The position numbers and the translations under genes were made by a program. Of a stretch of 64,000 nucleotides of DNA, positions 58,139-64,000 are shown in pieces (the first letter of the stretch is position 1; every line of letters begins with the position of its first letter). A model generated the notes under the pieces. It did not search any database, was not told the DNA's origin, and saw only the letters and a list, made by a program, of their open reading frames with translations. The stretch is from the human T2T-CHM13v2.0 reference genome, Homo sapiens, in the NCBI RefSeq assembly GCF_009914755.1, contig NC_060935.1. One strand, written 5' to 3'.

Positions 58139-61100
58139 TTACAGGGTTGTTAGGAGGATTTAATGAGAGCAAATGTTAGTAAAAGAGAAGCATTCAATTA
58201 ATATTAATTGTTAATATATTCGAAGAGACAGTTCAGAAAATTGAGATCTGAAATATCACAACGTGAGAAACAGATGAATAGAATTTAGAAAAGTGGGCGA
58301 CTTAACTTCCATGGCCTCCAGAATCACAGACTTTTAAATAGCTAGACAGAAATTACAGTAAAATAATTCCAACCAAAAACGAAAGAACATTGTGAGAATT
58401 AGAACTTCCCCTAAGACAGAATGGACATCTTCAAAATTAGGCATTGACTTAGTAGATAAATTGCAGAGGAGCTTAAAAGAGGCTTGATCAAGATATCTTT
58501 TCAGCTTCCTTTAAAATTTAAGATTCTATGAAAAAAATGACCTTAGAAAATCATATGAAGCAAATGCTCTTACTGTAAAAGTCTGCTTAGGTAGAAAAAC
58601 CAGTCAACAATGTCTCATCACCTCATCTTTGAAGCCTAATATTTTCTAGAATTTCTAGCCCACACTGATAATTCTCTGAATTGCTAGCATTCATGTAAAT
58701 AACACATGAATGTTTACATTTTAAAAATATGCAGTTTTATAATATGTCTAGCTTTTCCAATTGATTTTTCAAAATTCCAAATCAATGATCAATGCTGGAT
58801 GACTAGACATCATGCAATATATTGCTCTTCTTTACCTTATGGTACTTACCACATTGATGGACAGAGAAGCTAATGCTAAGCAAATAGTGATTTTCTGTTC
58901 AGACCTAAAGCATACTGTTGAACAGAAATTTCAATATAAATCCAAGAAATTTACTTTGAACAATTGTACTTTATTTGTATAACCAAAAGTTGAAGAACAA
59001 AGTTATCTAGGTATTTCAGAAGTTAAAATATGTCTGTTTCCAACATTTGCACAAATAAATAGACTTAATTATAAGCCAATCCTTCATCAGTATAGTTTTT
59101 TTTTAATTTTGAGAAAATGGTAAAATGTTATCAGTAGTAACATTTCTCATACCAGAAGCATATCTATTAAATTTCCTGGAAAAAATGTGCACTGTAGAAT
59201 GCTTATTGTATTATGTATGGGTTGCATGACATATTTCAAAATTAGAATAATTGCTTTCTTCATTTCTACCTATAATGAATAAATACATATTAATTTAGTT
59301 TAATAATTGATTGATTATATATAATTCATCCTATAGATGCCTACTATTTCTCTGTATAAATTAAAGTCACTTTCTATGACACTTGTTCTATAAAAGTAAA
59401 AATCAAAATTTAAATATGCATTCCTTTTACTTCCAAAAAAGTAAAGAACTCTCAATGTAATCCTCCTCTTTAAAAAGAAGTCTGTTTGAAATGCTGATCC
59501 TTTAACAAAAAATTGACACTATTTTGATTTACAAAGAAATAGTTTTTTTTCAGAGTTTTAATTTAGTAAAACATAAAGGCAAAATAATATATAATTATAC
59601 TAATAAATGATTGCATTTTTATTTTCTATATCTATCTGATATAGGGACATAGATGAATAGACAGATCACAATCTCAAAGCAGTAAAGATAAAGGCATTTA
59701 AACAAATACTAACATCAAATTCTCAGAAGTACAGACCTCTCCAAAAAAATAAAGCCTTGTAGTAAAAACTTAGGAGTTTCTGAATCAGAATGCCTAGGTT
59801 TGAATCTAGGATCCATCAGTTAAGTAAACTTCAACAAGCTGCTTAATCTTTCTAAACATCAGTGTTCCCACTTCTGAAAGAGGTTTAACAATATTATTTA
59901 TTCTCATAACATTCTGAGCATTTAATAACATAAAGTATGTGAAGCATTTTGAATTTATACTTAGCATAGAGTAAGCATTATGTAACTATTTTAGATTACT
60001 GTTATTATCATTAGTTGTATCTGGTTATTCATAGTCCTCTTCAGGAGCATAGCCCTGGACAGGTAACCAATCCCATTTAAAGAGCAGAATGTAAAGCAGT
60101 CTTTTATCTACCAAGGGCTTTCTCGGTGCCCTGAGGCTCCAGAGAATTAGTTATAATGTGTGGCCATGTTTCCAGTGCTCTACAACTATGTGTTCTGGAA
60201 CCTTGGTACTGAACAAAGCTAACCAGGACATATGGGATATTTGATACTGCTGTCTTAATCAGCAGTCTCTAAAATCAGGGGGAAAAAAGCCAAAGCAACA
60301 GTTTGAATATGTACCCTGAAATAAATATATGATCAATGTAAATGACCCACTGTACTGATAAATTACATTATAAAACATTCTGAAGAAAGAACTAAACAAA
60401 GGTCTGAACCTTTCTTCAAACTGTTTCCCTGGAAATATTTCAGGTTAAGAAAAATAGGGATTGTCAGCTGTGTTACCAGCAACATTGTTTATTATCGGTG
60501 AAATGCATCTGGACAGAAAGGACTGTGATTGAACTATGAAATCATTTTGGACCTCACAGACCTCAGCCTCCTTGTGTACAGTGTGTTCTTGATCCCAAGG
60601 GCATCCCTTGAGGGGACCTATGCTGTTCCCAAGATACAGGTTCCTGTGGAGTACGAATGAGCCTTACCCAATGCAAGGTAGACCATGCTTACCCACATGG
60701 GTTTCTTATCTTAGAGTTGCTACATGAAGGAGTGGGGGTAAATGCTTCTGAGCAAATATAGGGATTTCTACTTAATAAGCACCTGACATTATCCTGTTGA
60801 CATTCTGTGTGTCCTGCCCTGTATCTTGCCAAACCAAGTAAAACTGCTGCCAGACTTATTATGTCATGCAGGTGTGAATGTCACGCCAAAGCCATCAAGT
60901 TCACTGCCGGTGGCCATACAGACATATGCATGTACAAAAATACATTATTTTCTTCATCTATCTTCATGTATTGTTTTAAGCACCATGTTTTTGAGTATAC
61001 TGCTTGGGTACACATATTTTTGGAATACTTTAGGTATACTCTTTGTAATAAGCTTAGGATACATTATTTTTTCACTTTATGTTTTTTTTCCTTGGTGATT

Positions 61101-61574
61101 TTGACAGATCCTTTTCTTTGGTTATTTTAAATCTTTGGCTCTCTCTGCAAGTATTACTTCCTGTAGAACTTTTAAAATGAAAAACTGGAAATTCCATTAT
61201 TATAAATCTTGCTTTAGCAGGACAGCTTCAGGAAATACAAATACTAAAATATATTCCTGATGTTCTTCATTCTTAAATTTTTTCATTTAGAAGATATTAG
61301 GATATATCCATAGGAAGATTTAGAAACTGAAAGGTTGTTGGAGAGGTAATTCTAGCTTTTAAATTTAGTATACTTTATACTGGTTTCATTACAATATGCT
61401 ATGCTAAAAATAAAACTATTTCTTCCATTCTTGACGTTATCCTCAATAGTAGAGAAACTATTTCTTTCACTCTTGACACTTTTACCACCTCCTATGAAAT
61501 TTCCTATAGAGTTTTCTTTCATTACCCCATTTTGGGGCACAAATGGTTTTAAATACATACATTTGTAAACTTAC

Positions 61575-61655
61575 CCTGAAACATGCAACGTCAGCAGCAT
61601 GTAGAAGACAAAGAAGAGGTTATGAGTATACCAGAAGATATCATAGTTAGAAACT
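61575..61655 (-). CDS. NOX4: NOX4 coding exon 8 (81 bp), TM5 with two heme-ligating His
   Basis: Minus strand reads ttttgcag|A GTT TCT AAC...GTT TCA GG|gtaagt = (R)VSNYDIFWYTHNLFFVFYMLLTLHVS(G). Canonical AG/GT ends, phase 2-2, matches human NOX4 as recalled. Confidence 0.97.
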
Positions 61656-62468
61656 CTGCAAAAACAAATACACTCATTTTAATGCTACTTTACATTCCAT
61701 CTTACTAAAAATATCAAAAATACCATGTATCATTTCAAACATCTCACAATTTAAAAAAGCTAAAACATGAGTACATCATATTAATCTACTAATACCAAAG
61801 TATTAACACAGTATATAGAGAGAAATGACAAAAATTATGAGTAAGATTTTATCATTTTGTAAGTTCTTTGTATTTCAAATAAAGACACATGGAAATAATA
61901 AAAATAAGTTGTTTATTTTCAAGTTATTATGATATAAGGCTAAGAAGCAGATAGTAGTCTGCTAATATGTACTTTGGCTATTATTTTATCAATATTCTCA
62001 GTTTTCAAATAATTTCCAAAACAACCAAAGCTCCTCTTTCAATACATATTTTGAGAGTAGTTCAAGGGAAACTCAAAAAGAGATAAATGAAATAGATGAC
62101 GACCAAAGTGTTATATTTTTTCCTGGACAGTGTAACAAGAATGATACCTCAATGTTATTGCTCTGGGGGAGGACAAAGACACTGAAAAGACAGAGAATGA
62201 TAAGCATAATCTACAGAATGTTTGAGAGAAGTAAAAGAGAAACAGTTATTTTATTTCATATATCCTGGGTGGATTTTATATATTAGAATATTGGAATTAG
62301 AGGGCAGATATTTACAAAAGCTTCCTAGATGAATCTGATGCTTCCCATAGACTCTTAGAGAAACCCTTACTTAAGCAGCAAGCAATTGCTTTACATTTAC
62401 TCCACTCATAGTATTTGGTATCATAAACAGTATCATTACCATCCCTTGTAACATATACAAAGTTCTGA

Positions 62469-62771
<303 letters not shown>

Positions 62772-63444
62772 CTCTGATCCTTCTTTAAATCAAAACCATT
62801 AGAATTTGAACTGCAAAATTAAGGGATACACCTTTTTAATGCTTTTAATACACGCTGCCAATTGCCCTCTAAAAATATATTTATTAATTACAAACCCAAC
62901 TGTAGGCTAGGAGTGCCTGTTTCCCAAAAACTCAGACTAAATTTTGTAAATTTTCATTATTTTTTATAAGTAGGATGGGGTATTATTTCATATGTCTGTT
63001 ACTTTTAATTCTTCTGTGACCTTTCTGTTTATAATCATTACCCATTTCTATAGAGTATTTTTAATTCATATGTGTAATTTAGATAGACCTACATTTGCTT
63101 AAACTTTACTTTCCTCATAAGCTTGTAATGCCACCTTTATTATCTGCAGGTTCTTATATATTGCAAGGTCATTTACAGGGCTTTTTACTGACTTTGTCCC
63201 TTGGTTCAATGTGTTAGTCATTTTTGCAAGTAAGTCCCATTCTCTTTTAAGTTACTGAAGTTTAATTATTTTAATGTTTAGTAAGGCACATCCCTCCTTT
63301 TACTCCTCTTTTGAAATATGTACTTGGATGTACCCCAGACAAACTTTGGAATCACTTTGCTAAATTAAAAAAAACAAACAAAATAACCTGTCTGAGAACG
63401 TTGTTGAAATTGCAACACTCCTTAAAAATATATATATATATTGA

Positions 63445-63753
63445 GGGGTCAGGCATGGTGGCTAATGCCTGTAATCCAACACTTTGAAAGGCAGAGGTGG
63501 AAGGAGTACTTGAGCCCAGGAGTCTGAGACCAGCCTGGACAACATATTGAAACCTTGACCTTACGAAAAAATAAATACAATTAAAAAAAATAAAATTAGG
63601 CATGGTGGTGTGTGTTCGTGATCCTAGCTACTAGGGAGGCTGAAGTGGGAGGATCACTTGAGCCTGGGAGGTCAAGGTTGCGGCTGCATTGAGCTGTAAT
63701 CTTATCACTGTATTCCAGCCTGGATGAGAGAGAAAGACCCTGTCTCAAAAAAA
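63445..63753 (+). mobile_element. Alu (AluJ-like)
   Basis: ggtcaggcatggtggctaatgcctgtaatcc...gaggtcaaggttgcggctgca...gaccctgtctcaaaaaaa. Confidence 0.92.
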
Positions 63754-64000
63754 TATATATATAATAATTAAGGAAGAACTATATCTTTATAGTACACAGT
63801 CTTTATTCAAATCTCTACATATTTCTCTTAGTGAACATATATCTTTTGTCTCCAGATATTATATGTTTTGCTGCAATCGTAAGTGGTATATTTTTATTTT
63901 ATTCAATTTTTCAAACTAATTATAGTTAATAAAAGGATTATTTTTATATTTGATTTATATCCAATTACCTTTTCAACTCTTTTACTTGGTGTTAACACCA

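Overview
Primate (almost certainly human) genomic DNA, AT-rich and repeat-dense, from inside the NOX4 (NADPH oxidase 4) gene on the minus strand. Five intact GT-AG coding exons are present: exons 8-12 by the usual numbering, about residues 183-379, covering TM5 heme histidines, the E-loop, TM6 and the FAD-binding motifs. The rest is intron. It holds a 6.26 kb HERV-H provirus with both LTRs, PBS, PPT and a 5-bp TSD, antisense to NOX4; a 4 kb L1PA with a twin-priming inversion; older L1s; about ten Alus; MaLR/ERVL LTRs; hAT MERs; and microsatellites. Most short ORFs in the track are repeat-derived or chance. I found no novel protein-coding system. The best leads are RNA or mutational: inverted Alus tightly flanking the 445-nt exon 9-11 cassette (predicts skipping and a circRNA), a 110-nt near-perfect intronic hairpin not obviously from a repeat, a possible antisense HERV-H transcript, and several templated-insertion or fold-back scars. 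Repeat subfamily names come from recalled consensus sequences and need RepeatMasker confirmation.
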